DNA of 63,500 nucleotides, the filler included, from Chiloscyllium plagiosum (lineage: Eukaryota), in NCBI RefSeq assembly GCF_004010195.1. It is 7 parts of 7 records of this genome, joined end to end, with 100 filler letters (N's around TTAATTAATTAA, not from the genome) between each part and the next. Parts side by side here need not be neighbours in the genome. Positions count along the whole stretch, not along the records: positions 18,930 to 43,730 come from NC_057711.1; 6 more parts are not named here. One strand, 5' to 3'. Each line of letters opens with the position of its first letter. The first letter of the stretch is position 1. Position numbers and translations under genes: made by a program. Under the pieces are notes generated by a model. It saw only the letters and a program-made list of their open reading frames with translations, did not search any database and was not told where the DNA came from. Positions 23,893 to 35,829 of this stretch are shown here, piece by piece.

Positions 23893-26078
23893 TGACAGAG
23901 GATTCCCTTTCCCAAACATCATGATTTGATCTGTTTTTACAACAATCCAATAGCTTCACAGTCAGTGATAAGATATGTATCGTATTCCAGACTTATCACA
24001 CCTGAAATGTCACAGCTGCTGTAGTGGGATGTTGACCTCAGAATGGTCCAGGTTACTAGGCTCAGTAACAGAACTATTATTCCACAATTTCTTTATCAGG
24101 CTTGGCTAAAGTAGGTTTATATTTTTATTATCTGTAAAGAGTGTAATTGAGTTAATATTTTCAGCTCTTCTCCCAGAGGGTTGTGAATCTGTGGAATTCC
24201 TTACTGCAGAGGCTAGGTCCATAAGACCATATGACATAGGAGCAGAAATTAGGCCATTCAGCCCATTGAGACTGTTCTGCCATTCCATCATGGCTCATAG
24301 GTTTTTCAACCCCATTCTCCCACTTTCTCCCCGTAACCTTTGATCCCCTTTGCAATCAAAAACTTCTCAATCTATGTTTTAAATATGCTCAATGATCGGC
24401 CTCCACGACCTTCTGTGGTAATGAATTCCAAAGATTCACCACTCTCTGGCTAAAGAAGTGTCTCCCTGGGATATCTGGTCAGCATGGACGGGTTGGACCG
24501 AAGGGTCTGCTTTCATGCTGTACATCTCTATTACTCTATAATCGCCATTCCAAAGGGTCTTTCCTTTACTCTAAGCTATGCCCTAGTCTCTCCTACCAAT
24601 GGAAACGTCTTCCTAACATCCACTCTGTCCAGGTCGTTCAGTATTCTGTTTGTTTCAATTAGATCCCCCCCCATCCTTCTAAACTCCATTGAGTATAGTC
24701 CTAGAGTCCTCAAACATTCCTCACATGTTCAGCCTTTTATACCTAGGATCATTCTCATGAACTCCTCTGGACCCACTCCTCTCTCTGAGGTGTGAGGCTG
24801 AAACATTGCTCACAATACTCTAAATGTGGTCTGACCAGAGTCTTATGGAGCCTCAGAAGTAGATCATGCTTTTATATTCTAGTGCTCTCGAGATGAATGA
24901 CAACATTGTAATTGCCTTCCTAACTACTGACTCAACCTGCAAGTTTACCTTAAGAGAAACCTGGAGTAGGACTCCCAAGTCTCTTTGCACTTCAGATTTC
25001 TGAATTTTCTCCCCATTTAGAAAAATGGTCCATGCCTCTATTTTGCCTACCAAAGTGTATGGCATCACACTTTCCCACATTGTATTCCATCTGCCACTCC
25101 TTTTCCCACTTTTGTNNNNNNNNNNNNNNNNNNNNNNNNNNNNNNNNNNNNNNNNNNNNNNNNNNNNNNNNNNNNNNNNNNNNNNNNNNNNNNNNNNNNN
25201 NNNNNNNNNNNNNNNNNNNNNNNNNNNNNNNNNNNNNNNNNNNNNNNNNNNNNNNNNNNNNNNNNNNNNNNNNNNNNNNNNNNNNNNNNNNNNNNNNNNN
25301 NNNNNNNNNNNNNNNNNNNNNNNNNNNNNNNNNNNNNNNNNNNNNNNNNNNNNNNNNNNNNNNNNNNNNNNNNNNNNNNNNNNNNNNNNNNNNNNNNNNN
25401 NNNNNNNNNNNNNNNNNNNNNNNNNNNNNNNNNNNNNNNNNNNNNNNNNNNNNNNNNNAAGATATAAAAGAGACCTAAGGGGCAACGTTTTCACACAGAG
25501 GGTGGTACATGTATGGAATGAGCTGCCAGAGGAAGTGATGGAGGCTGGTACAATTACAACATTTAAAAGGCATCAGGATGGGTATATGAATAGGAAGGGT
25601 TTGGAGGGTCATGGGCCGGGTGCTGGCAGGTGGGACTAGATTGGTTGGCATGGACAAGTTGGACCGGAGGGTCTGTTTCGGTGCTGTATGTCTCTATGAC
25701 TCTATATTCAGAGCAGAGGCAGACAGATCTTTAATCACTCAGGGAATCAAGGGTTATAGGGATAAGGAAAGGGAAGTTGAGGATGATCAGATCAGCCACA
25801 ATTTCATTGAATGACAGAGCATGTGATGGTTGAACGGCCGACCTCTTTTCCTACATCTTGTGGTCTTATGGGGCCCAACATGAGTCAAAATGTTAACTGT
25901 TTCTCTCTCTGCCAGACCTGCTGAGTTTCTCCAGCAATTCTGTTTTTATTTCAGATCTCCAGAGTTGGCAGCTTTTTGCTTATCTAATTATTTTCGGTCA
26001 CATTTAGGAGGTAGCTATCTCACTTTCTTTCTCATTCCTGCTTTAAATCACCAAACAGATAAAGACAAGTGAACGAAC

Positions 26079-26462
26079 CTTTTATCTTCATGAAGAGAAT
26101 GATCCCCGTCACCAGAAGGAGGAGAAATTTGATTAAAGGAATCAGGCACAGCATTCCCACGATGAAATTGGAGTAGTTGTCACCAGTGGAGGGGTAGTCA
26201 ATCTGACGAGTGTCCCTCCCATGTTCGTTTTCAGCCACACAGCTGTACGTCCCTCTTAGTGCCGGGTTACGGAACTTTCCCAGGGTCTGATGTCTCCCTG
26301 GCACTCGGCTGACTATTGTGTCCCTGCTGTCCCCAGGCACGAGGCTGCCTTCAGGGTCTACCCATGTGATGTTGGCAAGTGGCTCTCCTTCCACCTGGCA
26401 CACGATGGTGTTTCCAATTCCGTTCTCTCTCACAGATGACAGCTTCAGGATTGTGGCTGGAG
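26079..26462 (-). CDS. Siglec-15-like receptor: C2-set Ig plus transmembrane exon (TM Lys)
   Basis: 384-nt phase 1-1 exon: APATILKLSSV...IVCQVEGEPLANITW...GRHQTLG...GTYSCVAENEHGR...FIVGMLCLIPLIKFLLLLVTGIILFMKIK. It parallels the recalled Siglec-15 motifs APRIVNISV / CTAEGEPPPALAW / GRYTCTAANSLGR / GFKALLLL. Confidence 0.88.
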
Positions 26463-26509
26463 CTACGCAAGGGAAAAAGAGAGAGAAACACATGTAAGTT
26501 TATCTCATT

Positions 26510-27425
26510 TATCCATGATATTTGGGTGCCACAGGCTGGGCCACATTTACTGGTCTGTCCCTATTTGCCCCTTGAGAAGGTGGTGGTGAGCTGCCTTCTT
26601 GAACCGCTGCCATCCATTTACAACAGATTGCGCACAATGCCCTGAGGGAGGGAATTCCAGGATTTCGACCCAGCGACACTCTAGGAATGGTGATATATTT
26701 CCAAATCAGGTTGGTGAGCGGCTTGGAGGGGATGGTGTTCCCATGTATCTGCTGCCCTTGTCCTTCCAGATGATGAAGGTCGTAAGTGTGGAAGTTTCTT
26801 TTCTAAGGTGCCTTGCTGAATTTCTGCAGTGTAACTTGTAGATAATGCACACTGCTGTTTCTGTGCGTCAGTAGTGGAGGGAGTGGGTGTGGTGTCAATC
26901 AAGTGAACTGCACAGTTCTGGATGGTGTTAATCTTCTTGAGTATTGTTGGAGCTGCCCCCATCCAGGCAAGTGGGGAGTATTCCAACACACTCCTGACTT
27001 GTACCCTGTAGATAATGGACAGGCTTTGGGGAGTCAGGAGGTGAGTTATTCACTGCAGTATTCCCAGCTTCTGATCTGCTCTTGTAGCCACTGTAGTGGT
27101 TAATCCAGTTGTGGCCAAAGTTAAGCCCCAGGATGATGTTAGTGTGGGATTCAGTGACAGTAATACCATTGAATGGCAAGGGGTGATATTAGATGTTGAC
27201 AGTCTGGCACCTGCGTGGTGTGAATGTTTCTTGCCTCTTGACAGCCTAAGCCTGGATATTGAGCAGATCTGATTGCATTTGGGCATAGACTGCTTCAGTA
27301 TCTGAGGAGTTGCAAATGGTGTTGAACATTACACAATCATCGGCGAACATCCCCCCACTTCTGACCTTATGATGGAGGGAAGGCCATTGATGAAGCAGCT
27401 GAAGATGGTTGGGCCTGGGACACAC
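26510..27425 (-). mobile_element. LINE 3' fragment (CR1/L2 group) with conserved 3' tail
   Basis: Peptide MLEYSPLAWMGAAPTILKKINTIQNCAVHLI. The tail GCAGCGGTTCAAGAAGGCAGCTCACCACCACCTTCTCAAGGG recurs at about 23540, 34180 and 42800. Confidence 0.7.
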
Positions 27426-27576
27426 AGTGGGAGGCTACTCCAGCAAATGGATTGTAATGTTTCAACAAGGCAGCTCCTACCACCTTCTCAATATGTGGGC
27501 AAATGGAGCTAATCAACAAGCTAATGGTGAATGGTGGAGGTAATTGAAAATGATGTTATTACAGATGTTTCCTTAC

Positions 27577-27945
27577 CGAATGCCTGGAGTCTCAACACAT
27601 CCTGAGTCACATTTTCCTGATTCTCAATCCTGATGTGGACACGACAGAAATAATCACTGGAATCGTTCAGCCGCAGGTCTCTTATCCTGATGGAGGCGTC
27701 TCCTTGGGTTAGGTCTCCAATCAGTTCATATTGCTGTCCTTCATTTACAGTGACCGAGTCAGTGTAATGAGAACTAGCATTGAGGGAACGAGTCTGATTC
27801 AAGACAGTGGACTCCTCATGTGGATTGTCCTTCATCCAGAGGACAGTGACGGACTGGGACAGCCACTCGGGGGGGTTAAAGGCACAGGGCAGCGTAGCAG
27901 AACCTCCCTTCTTCCCAGTCACTGGCACCGAATCATTTTTCACAG
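27577..27945 (-). CDS. Siglec-15-like receptor: second V-set Ig exon (retains YFCRV arginine)
   Basis: 369-nt phase 1-1 exon (ctcag acceptor, G/GTAAG donor): AVKNDSVPVTGKKGGSATLPCAFNPP...VLWMK...YELIGDLTQGDASIRIRDLRLNDSSDYFCRVHI...LRLQAF. Confidence 0.9.
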
Positions 27946-28254
27946 CTGAGACAGAGAAGGATTTCACAGAATGTCACATGGAGCAGGAAGACGATTTGCA
28001 ATGTGCTTGTGTTTGTGGAATATTCATGAAAACAGAAAGTGAGCGCATCTTCACAAAAATTAAAGAAAAGCCTGCAGGTGCTTTTGCTGCAACTTCCACA
28101 TTCCACAAGTCGGCCAAAAATATTGTGATTCCAACAAAGTATCTGTTGCAATGGGGGAAACCGGAGCCGATTGCTGCGCAGCAGCCTCTGCAAGCAATGT
28201 CGTGATGCCCCAGTAATCTGGGGACATGTGTTGGTCAGGACACTTGAGAAATTG

Positions 28255-28580
28255 GGGCAGCACATGGGTCAGTGGTTAGCACTGCTGCCCCACAGCACTA
28301 AGGACCCAGGCTTGATTCCAGCCTTGGGTGACTCTTTGTGTGGACTTTCCATTTTCTCCCTGTGTCTTTTGGGTTTCCTCTCACAGGTCAAAGATGTGCA
28401 GGTTAGGGTGGGTTGGCCATGCTAAATTGCCCATAGTGTATGGGGATGTGCAGGCTAGGTGGGTTAGCTGTGGGAAATGCAGGGTTGCAGGGATAAGGTT
28501 GGTCTGGGTGGAATGCTCTTCAGAGTGTTGGTGTGGACTTGATGGGCTGAATGGCCTGCTTCCGTACTGTAGAGATTCTA
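28255..28580 (+). mobile_element. tRNA-derived shark SINE (HE1-like)
   Basis: The 5' end has tRNA-like A/B boxes (GGTCAGTGGTTAGCACTG...GCTTGATTCC) and the 3' end is a CR1-like tail. Other copies lie at about 9200-9458(-), 29418-29740(-), 52145-52435(-), 52846-53185(-), 54880-55205(+) and 55487-55815(+). Confidence 0.85.
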
Positions 28581-29965
28581 TAAGTTATAATTGCTTCTTC
28601 TCATATCATCTCCATGAGAACTTTTTCACCCTGTTTACTGAGCGGATGTGAGCTCAGTCATATTCGTACAGGAAAGATGGCTGTTCCAACAGTGCAGCAC
28701 TCCTTCAGAACAACACTGGGCGGGTCAACCTGGGCTATGGTCACAGTTGCTGGAATCCAACTTGAACCCACAAGTTTTGAACTCAGAGAGGGGAGGGTGC
28801 TAAGCTCCAGCTGACATCGACAAGGTGCAGAGGAGGTTTAATTGGATGGTGTTTTTTAAAATTTGGGAAGAGCTTGGTGGTTTGGAGTTACAACACGATG
28901 AGGCCATTCTGCCCTTTGAATCTGCTCCAGCACTGTTTGGATAGCCAGCTTTCCCGTGCGCACATAACTGAGCTCATGTCTGCTCAGTATGGTGCAGAAT
29001 TCTCACCTTCCCATACTATTCTCAGAGTTTTTGTTTCCCTTAAAGCACAAAGATCCAAATATATTTTGGACTTGAATCATACAATCTCTGAACATCCGCA
29101 GCTCTCTGAGTCAGAGAATCCTGACAATTCCTCATCCTCCAAGTGAAGACATTTCTCCTCACCTCAGTCTGTGGATCCAATCCATCATGCTAGGACTGCG
29201 ACTCCTCGTTCTGAACAGTCCAGTCAGAATGTCTGCAACAGCTTCTTTATTAACCCCTCAGGCAAAGCGTCACTAAAGTTTATACTTTGCAAGGTGATCA
29301 CCTCTCATTCTTCAAAATGGTATTGGCTCATTCTATTCAATCCTACAAATCTCAATGTTCAAGTGAGAGAGTCTTCAGTTACACATTCTATCTACACAGG
29401 ATTACCAAGTTGAATGAATCATAGAATCTCTAGAGTGTGGAAGCAGGCCATTCGGCCCATCAAGTGACTCACCGACCCTTCGAAGAGCGTCCCACCCAGG
29501 CAAACCCTATCACTGTAACCTTGCCATTCCCATGGTTAACCCACCAAGCCTGCACATACCTGGACACTACAGGCAATTTTCCATGGCAAAGCCACCTAAC
29601 CTGCACACCTTTGGACTGTGGGAGGAAACCGGAGCACCCATAGGAAACCCACGCAGACACCGGAGAGTGTGCAAACTCCACACAGACAGTCGCCTGAGGG
29701 TGGGGTCGAACCCTCATCCCTGGCACTGCCACTGTGCCACTTCAAAAGCATGTTTCAAGACAGGCCAGCTCTCAAACTGGGGTTCAGGAGTTCGATTTAC
29801 TCCTGAAAAAGAAGATGTTATAGGACTATGGAGTGAGGGGAAAGGGAATGGGAGGGTTGGGTAGCTAGCATGAATGTGAAGGGGTGAATGGCCCCCATCC
29901 GTATTGCATGACTCTCCGACCCAATCATTGACAATTTGATTCAAAAACATTGAACAAAGTCTTAC

Positions 29966-30364
29966 CTGGTATCACAATAATTGTTTGACCTGAGCTCTGT
30001 GATGTTTCATTGGGATAGTGACTCAGATTCACAAGGCAAAGATACTGCTGATAGTTATCATGTAGAGACAGCTGTTTGATGATTATGGAAGCATCATTCT
30101 CCCTTGGATTTCCCAGTGCTTGGTAACGCTCATTAATATTCTGGTGGATCATATTCTCAAACACCACGCTCTGCGAGTTCAGCGTTGGATAGTTTGTGTA
30201 ACTGTAAAGCACCAGATTAGTCCACATCTTCTTCCATGTAACAGTAATGTTTCCTTGATATCCTGGGTGAGGATGAGTGAACTTACAGATCAGAAGAGTG
30301 ATCTTCCCTTCCCTACCTGTCACCCTGTCCGGTGTCTCCATTGTCCAGCCATTCTGACTGAAAC
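29966..30364 (-). CDS. Siglec-15-like receptor: first V-set Ig exon (essential Arg replaced by Leu)
   Basis: 399-nt phase 1-1 exon: GFSQNGWTMETPDRVTGREGKITLLICKFTHPHPGYQGNITVTWK...ERYQALGNPRENDASIIIKQLSLHDNYQQYLCLVNL.... It parallels the recalled Siglec-15 WSMQVP..V....G....LPCTFTHPH..YDG..T..W and RFRLLGNPRRNDLS. The signal-peptide exon was not located. Confidence 0.9.
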
Positions 30365-30439
30365 CTGTGGAGAATGACAATATATCACAACAGATGGTAG
30401 TGCAGAACTGGAGTACTGCTGAGAAAAGACACATTTTAC

Positions 30440-32200
30440 TGAGTTATACAGTACGGAAACAAACCCTTTGGTCCAACCAGTCCGTGCCGAACATAATCCT
30501 AAATTAAACTAGACCCACTAAACGTTTCTTATTCATATACTTATCCAAAATTCTTTTAAATGTTGTAATTGTACCCACATTCACCACTTTCTTTGGCAGT
30601 TCATGCCACACATGAACCACACTCTGTGTTAAAAAATTGTCCCTCGTGTCTTTTTAATAACTTTCTCCTCTCACCTTAAAAATATGCCCCCTTGCCTTGA
30701 AAGAGCTCACTTTAGGTGAAAGACACCTGCCAGTCACCTTATCTGTACCCCTTATGGTTTTATAAACCTCTATAAGGTCACCCCTCAACCTCCTCCACTC
30801 CAGTCAAAAACATGTCTAGACAATCCAGCCTGTCCTAATACTCAAACCCTCCATTCCCGGCAATATCCTGGTAAATCTCTTCTGAACCCTCTCCAGTTTA
30901 ATAATATCCTTCCGAGAACAGAGAGACTAGAACTGGACATAATACTCCAGAAGAGGCCTCACCAAAGTCCTGTACAACTTCAAGATGATGTCCCAACTCC
31001 AACACTTAAAGGTCTGAGCAATGAAGGCTAGCATGCTAAACCAATCTGTCCACATGTGATGCAAACTTAAAAGAATTATGTACCTGAAACCCTAGGTCTC
31101 TCTGTTCTACCACACCACCCAAGGACCTATTTTTAATTGTATAAGTCCTGTCCTTGTTTGTTTTACCAAAATGCAATAACTCACATTTAGCAAAATTAAA
31201 CTCCATCTGCCACTCACCAGCCCTTTGACCCAATTGATCAAAATCTCTTTGTAATCTCAGATAGCCTTCTTCACTATCCACTATACCACTAATTTTGGTA
31301 ACATCTGCAAACTTACTAACAATGCCATCTATATTCTCATTAAAATTGTTCATATAAATGTCAAATAAAAGTGGACCCAGTACCAATCCCTGTGGAACAC
31401 CACTGGTAACAAACCTCCAGTCTGAAAATCAACCCTCCACCATCACCCTCTATCTCCGACCATTAAGCCAATTTTGTATCCAACTGGCAAGCTCACTCTG
31501 AATCCCATGTGATGTACCTTTAGTAAATAGTCTACTATGCAGAACCTTGTCAAAGGATTTATTAAAGTCCAAGAAAACAATTTCTGTCACGCCACCTTCA
31601 TCAATCTTCTTGGTTAATTCCTCAAAAAACTCAATCACATTTGTAAGACGTGATTTTCCTCACACAAAACCACACTGACTATCCCTAATCATTCCTTCCC
31701 TCTTCAAATGCATATAAATGCTAGAATTTAGAATCTCTTCCAACAACTTAGCCACCACCAAAGTCAGACTCGCAGGTCTAAAGTTCCCAGGCTTCTCCTT
31801 ACATCACCTCTTAAATAAAGGCACAACATTAGCCACTCTCCAGTCATTCAGCACCTCACTCGTATTTATGGATGATATAAATATTTCTGCAAGGGGCCCA
31901 GCAATTTCCTCCCTAACACCCCACAACGTCCTGTGGTATATTAGATCAGGTCCTGGAGAGTTATCCACCTTTATATTTTCTAAGACCTCCAGCACTTCCT
32001 TTTCTGTGATGTGCATTGTTTTCAAAGCAGCAATATTTATTTCCATGAGTTCTCTATCCTCCATTTCTTTCTTCACAGTAAAACTGACGTGGAATGTTCA
32101 TTTAATGTCTGTTCTATACCCTGAGGTTCAACACAAAAATGACCTCTTTGATCTTTAAGGGGCCCTACTTGTCTCTCTAGCTGCTCTCTTGCTCTCAATG
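30440..32200 (-). mobile_element. CR1 LINE, ~1.75-kb 5'-truncated copy
   Basis: IKVDNSPGPDLIY...WRVANVVPLFK, VFLDFNKSFDKVLH, VLGPLLFDIYMNN...SKFADVTKI and the 3' tail occur in collinear order. Confidence 0.92.
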
Positions 32201-32344
32201 TACTTTCTCACTCAGTATATGAATTGTTTTCCCTTTTTTGGTATTCTTGCAAAGTGTCCTGATTTTTGCAAGACAATAATCTTTGACACAATATGCCCCT
32301 TTTCAGCAATATCACAAAAAAGACAGAATTAGAAAAATATCTTA

Positions 32345-33330
32345 CAATGGATGTAGGTATGCTCGCTGAGCTGGAAGGTTCATTATTAGACGTCACCACA
32401 CTAGGTACCATCTTCAGTGGGCCTCTGGACGAAGCACTGCTGGTATTTCCTGCATTCTATTTATATGTTTGGGTTTCCTTGGGTTGGTGATGTCATTTCC
32501 TGGGGTGATGCCATTTTCCTATGGTGATAACATTTCCTGTTCTTTTTCTCAGGGGGTGGTAAATGGGGTCCAAGTGAATGTGTTTGTTGATAGAGTTTTG
32601 GTTGGAATGCCATGCTTCTAGGCATTCTTGTGCATGTCTTGGTTTGGTTTGTTCTAGGATGGATGTGTTGTGCAAGTTGAAGTGGTGTCCTTCCTTATCT
32701 GTATGTGAGTATACTAGTGAGAGAGGGTCATGTCATTTTGTGGCTAGTTGATGTTCATGTATCCTGGTGGCTAGTTTTCTGCCTGTTTGTCCAATGTAGT
32801 GTTTGTTACAGTTCTTGCACAGTATTTTGTAAATGACATTAATTTTGCTTGTTGTCTGTATGGGGTTTTTCAAGTTCATTTGCTGCTGTTTTAGTGTGCT
32901 GGTGGGTTTGTGGGCTACCATGATGCCAAGGGGTCTGAGTAGTCGGGCAGTCACTTCCGAGATGTCTTTGATGTAGGGGTGAGTCCTAGGACAAGCCAAA
33001 CAGAGGTACGCATGAGAATTCCTAGAAGCATGACATTCCAACCGGAACTCTATCAACAAACACTTGGACCCCATTTACCACGCCGTAAGAAAAAGAGCAG
33101 GAAATGACATCACCATAGGAAATGACATAACTGCATGAAATGACATCACCAGCCCAAGGAAACTCAAACCTATAAATTGAAAGCAGGAAACACCAGCAGT
33201 ACTTCGTCTGAAGGCCCACTGAAGATGTTACCTAGAATGGTGGCGAAACATCTGAAAATGAACCTTCCAGCTCAGCGAGTAAACCTACATCCAGGACCTC
33301 AACCTGAGCTACAAATCTTCTCAAAACTTA
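32345..33330. mobile_element. Penelope-like element remnant: GIY-YIG fragment with inverted pseudo-LTR copies
   Basis: Minus-strand peptide PYIKDISEVTARLLR...NVIYKILCKNCNKHYIGQTGRKLATRIHEH is a GIY-YIG motif. Regions of about 32345-32660 and 32985-33300 are inverted copies of each other. Confidence 0.88.
33217..33254 (+). ncRNA. Hammerhead ribozyme-like motif in Penelope pseudo-LTR (family C)
   Basis: CA-CTGAAGA-T-GTTACC-TAGAAT-GGTGGC-GAAA-C-ATC-TG has both core boxes and a 6-bp stem II. Stem III appears altered. Confidence 0.55.
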
Positions 33331-33615
33331 CTAATAATTACATTGTTCTCATCAAACATTCTATGGTCTTTCTCTGAAATAGACTGCAGCAACTCATCAA
33401 AGCTCCTAATACAACACCGTCCAAATCCACAACCACTTCCATCTAATACAAATAAGGGCAGCAGATACTTGGAATACCACCCCTGCAAGGTCCCCTCTGC
33501 ATCCCCTCACCATCCTGACTTGGAAATATATCACCATTCCTTCAGTGTGACTAGGTCAATATCCTGGGAATTCCATCCCTAACAGCATTATGGGTCCACC
33601 TGCAACACATGGACT

Positions 33616-34171
33616 TGATATGGACCAGACCAGAATATTTTAAGAAGATAGCCCAGACCCTATCTTTTTCTTACTTTAAAAAACAAATGTGTAGTCGATA
33701 TTCCAGGTGTGATGCAGCTGGTCAAACTACTCAGCTTTAAGTAAAACAGAATATATTTAAACACTACAGTAGAAGCACGAACAAAAGAAAACAGAATTTA
33801 GAATAACTTAACTATTGGAAAACTTAACTGACTCGATGCAGGAAGTTAACTATGGAGCTGTTCCACTTCCTGTAACATCACATAAACATATCCCCTTGGG
33901 AAAAAGTAAATTCAAACACAGGTTCTGACAGGCAGGAGAAATTTTATACAGAGAAGCCAGTCAAGAATCATCTGCTGAAACATGGAACCTTTTTTGCACT
34001 GTAGCAGCTACTGACCACTACAACTAAACCAAACTAGAAATAAACCTGAACTGGGAGAACTGGCCACTCCCCTTCCATTGTTAAAGTAGCCGTTTCAGCA
34101 CCTCTGCCATTATGACCTCTCTTGAAAAAAAAATGACAAAATAACCTTCTTAAAGTGACATCATCATCACA
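33616..34171. mobile_element. Solo LTR (556 bp, TG...CA) with 4-bp target-site duplication GACT
   Basis: GACT at 33612-33615 and at 34172-34175 flanks TGATATGG...CATCACA. Removing the insert restores the host repeat ACATGGACTGCAGTAGTTCAAGAAGG. A related truncated copy lies at about 11260-11547. Confidence 0.8.
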
Positions 34172-35829
34172 GACTGCAGTAGTTCAAGAAGGAAGCTCCT
34201 ATCACCTACTCCAGGATGCTTAAGGACGGTTTTGTAGGTGATGCCACATCCAAATGACTGGTTTTGCGGAAAACCTCTAACAGCAGAAAATGTATTTCCC
34301 CTCAGCGTTCTGTGGGTTCCCTCCCTGGTTTTTAATAGCTCTAGCCTTTGGGGGGGATTTAAAGGCAGGATCTACAACTTTCTGACATGGAGAGGGGGTG
34401 GGGACAGTGCTTCCCAATCCAACAAGGCTAACTACCTCGAACCACCAGTTTGTGAATCATCGGTGTCTATTCAATCTCTCAATCTCATGGCCCCTCTGAG
34501 CAGATCCAAGGGTAAGACCACTTTGAGTAGCAGAAAGGCAACTGCGAGGCTTTCAGCATGAGGATGAGTTCCAGACAACAGAGGGGTGAGGAAACAATTC
34601 CTGAATGTCAGATCCATTCAGTGTACAGCCAATGTATGCACTGGAGATATAACATGGACACTGAGGGGTTATACCTACTGCCTTCACAGGCAAATGGCTG
34701 GGAGCTGTACTGGTGATGACTTTATGTTCTGGACAAATCTCTCCTTCCCCTTTGCTCTCCTGACATATTGTTGGGCCCTCTGCTAGTTTTGCTGTCTTTT
34801 TCTCTCCATCTTGCTTTCTCATTGTCTGAGGGTCTTCTGCTCTGACATCATGATAGACCATAGGATAAGACAGAGGAGCAGAATTCATTCAGCCATTCAG
34901 CCCATTGAGTCTGCTCTGTCCTTTGATTATGGCTGATATGTTTCTCAACCTCATTCTCATGCCTTCCCCCTGTAACCCTGGGGCATGGCACAGAAGCATT
35001 CTGTAAGACCTACCTCAGTTGGTACAGGGAGGAACCCATGCTGTTGGCATTATACTGCAACTCCCCAGCCATTGGCTCCTCCTCCTTCCTCAAACTTATT
35101 TTACTCATATCATCTGCATTACTGGAGAAAGCTACGATGAGGAATTTTTTAAAAAGTCTTTCACCTTATATGGGCAAACCCAGCATTTGTCATCTGTCCT
35201 GACTTGTCCTTGAACTGAATTTCTCAGCTATTTTCAGAGGGCAGTTGAGTCAACCACATTGCTGTGGGCCTGGAGTAACATGCAGTCCAGACCAGGTTAA
35301 GGACAGCAGATTTTCCTCCCTAAAGGACATTAGTGAACCAGATGTTTTCTTACAACAATTGATGATAATTTCATGGGCACTTTCATTGGGACTAACTTTC
35401 AATTCTAGATTCATTGAGTGAGATTAAATTCCACCATATGCCGTGTGGCATTTGAACCAGCATTCCCAGCGCATGAGTGACATTCCTACCATACCACTGT
35501 TGCATAGCAACATAGAACATAGGAGGCCTTTCAGTCTGCTCCACCATGATATGGTCATTAGCTGATCATCCAACTCAGACCAATGTTCTCTCTTTCTCCC
35601 CAGACCCTTTGAATCCTTTAGTCCTAAGAACTAGATCTAATTCCTTCTTGAAAACATTCAACTCTTTAGTCTCAACCACTTCCTGTGCCAGAGAATTCCA
35701 CAGGCTCACCAACGAAGGAATGTCTCCCCATCTCAGACCTAAATGGCCTACCCCCGATCTTTAGACTATATGACCCCTGGTTCTGGACTCTCCGGTCATC
35801 AGAACATAAGACCTAGGAGCAGGAGTAGG

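Noticed and set aside
27577-30364. Rearranging V segments
   Set aside because: Both V exons end in splice donors, include their own G strand, and have no adjacent RSS.
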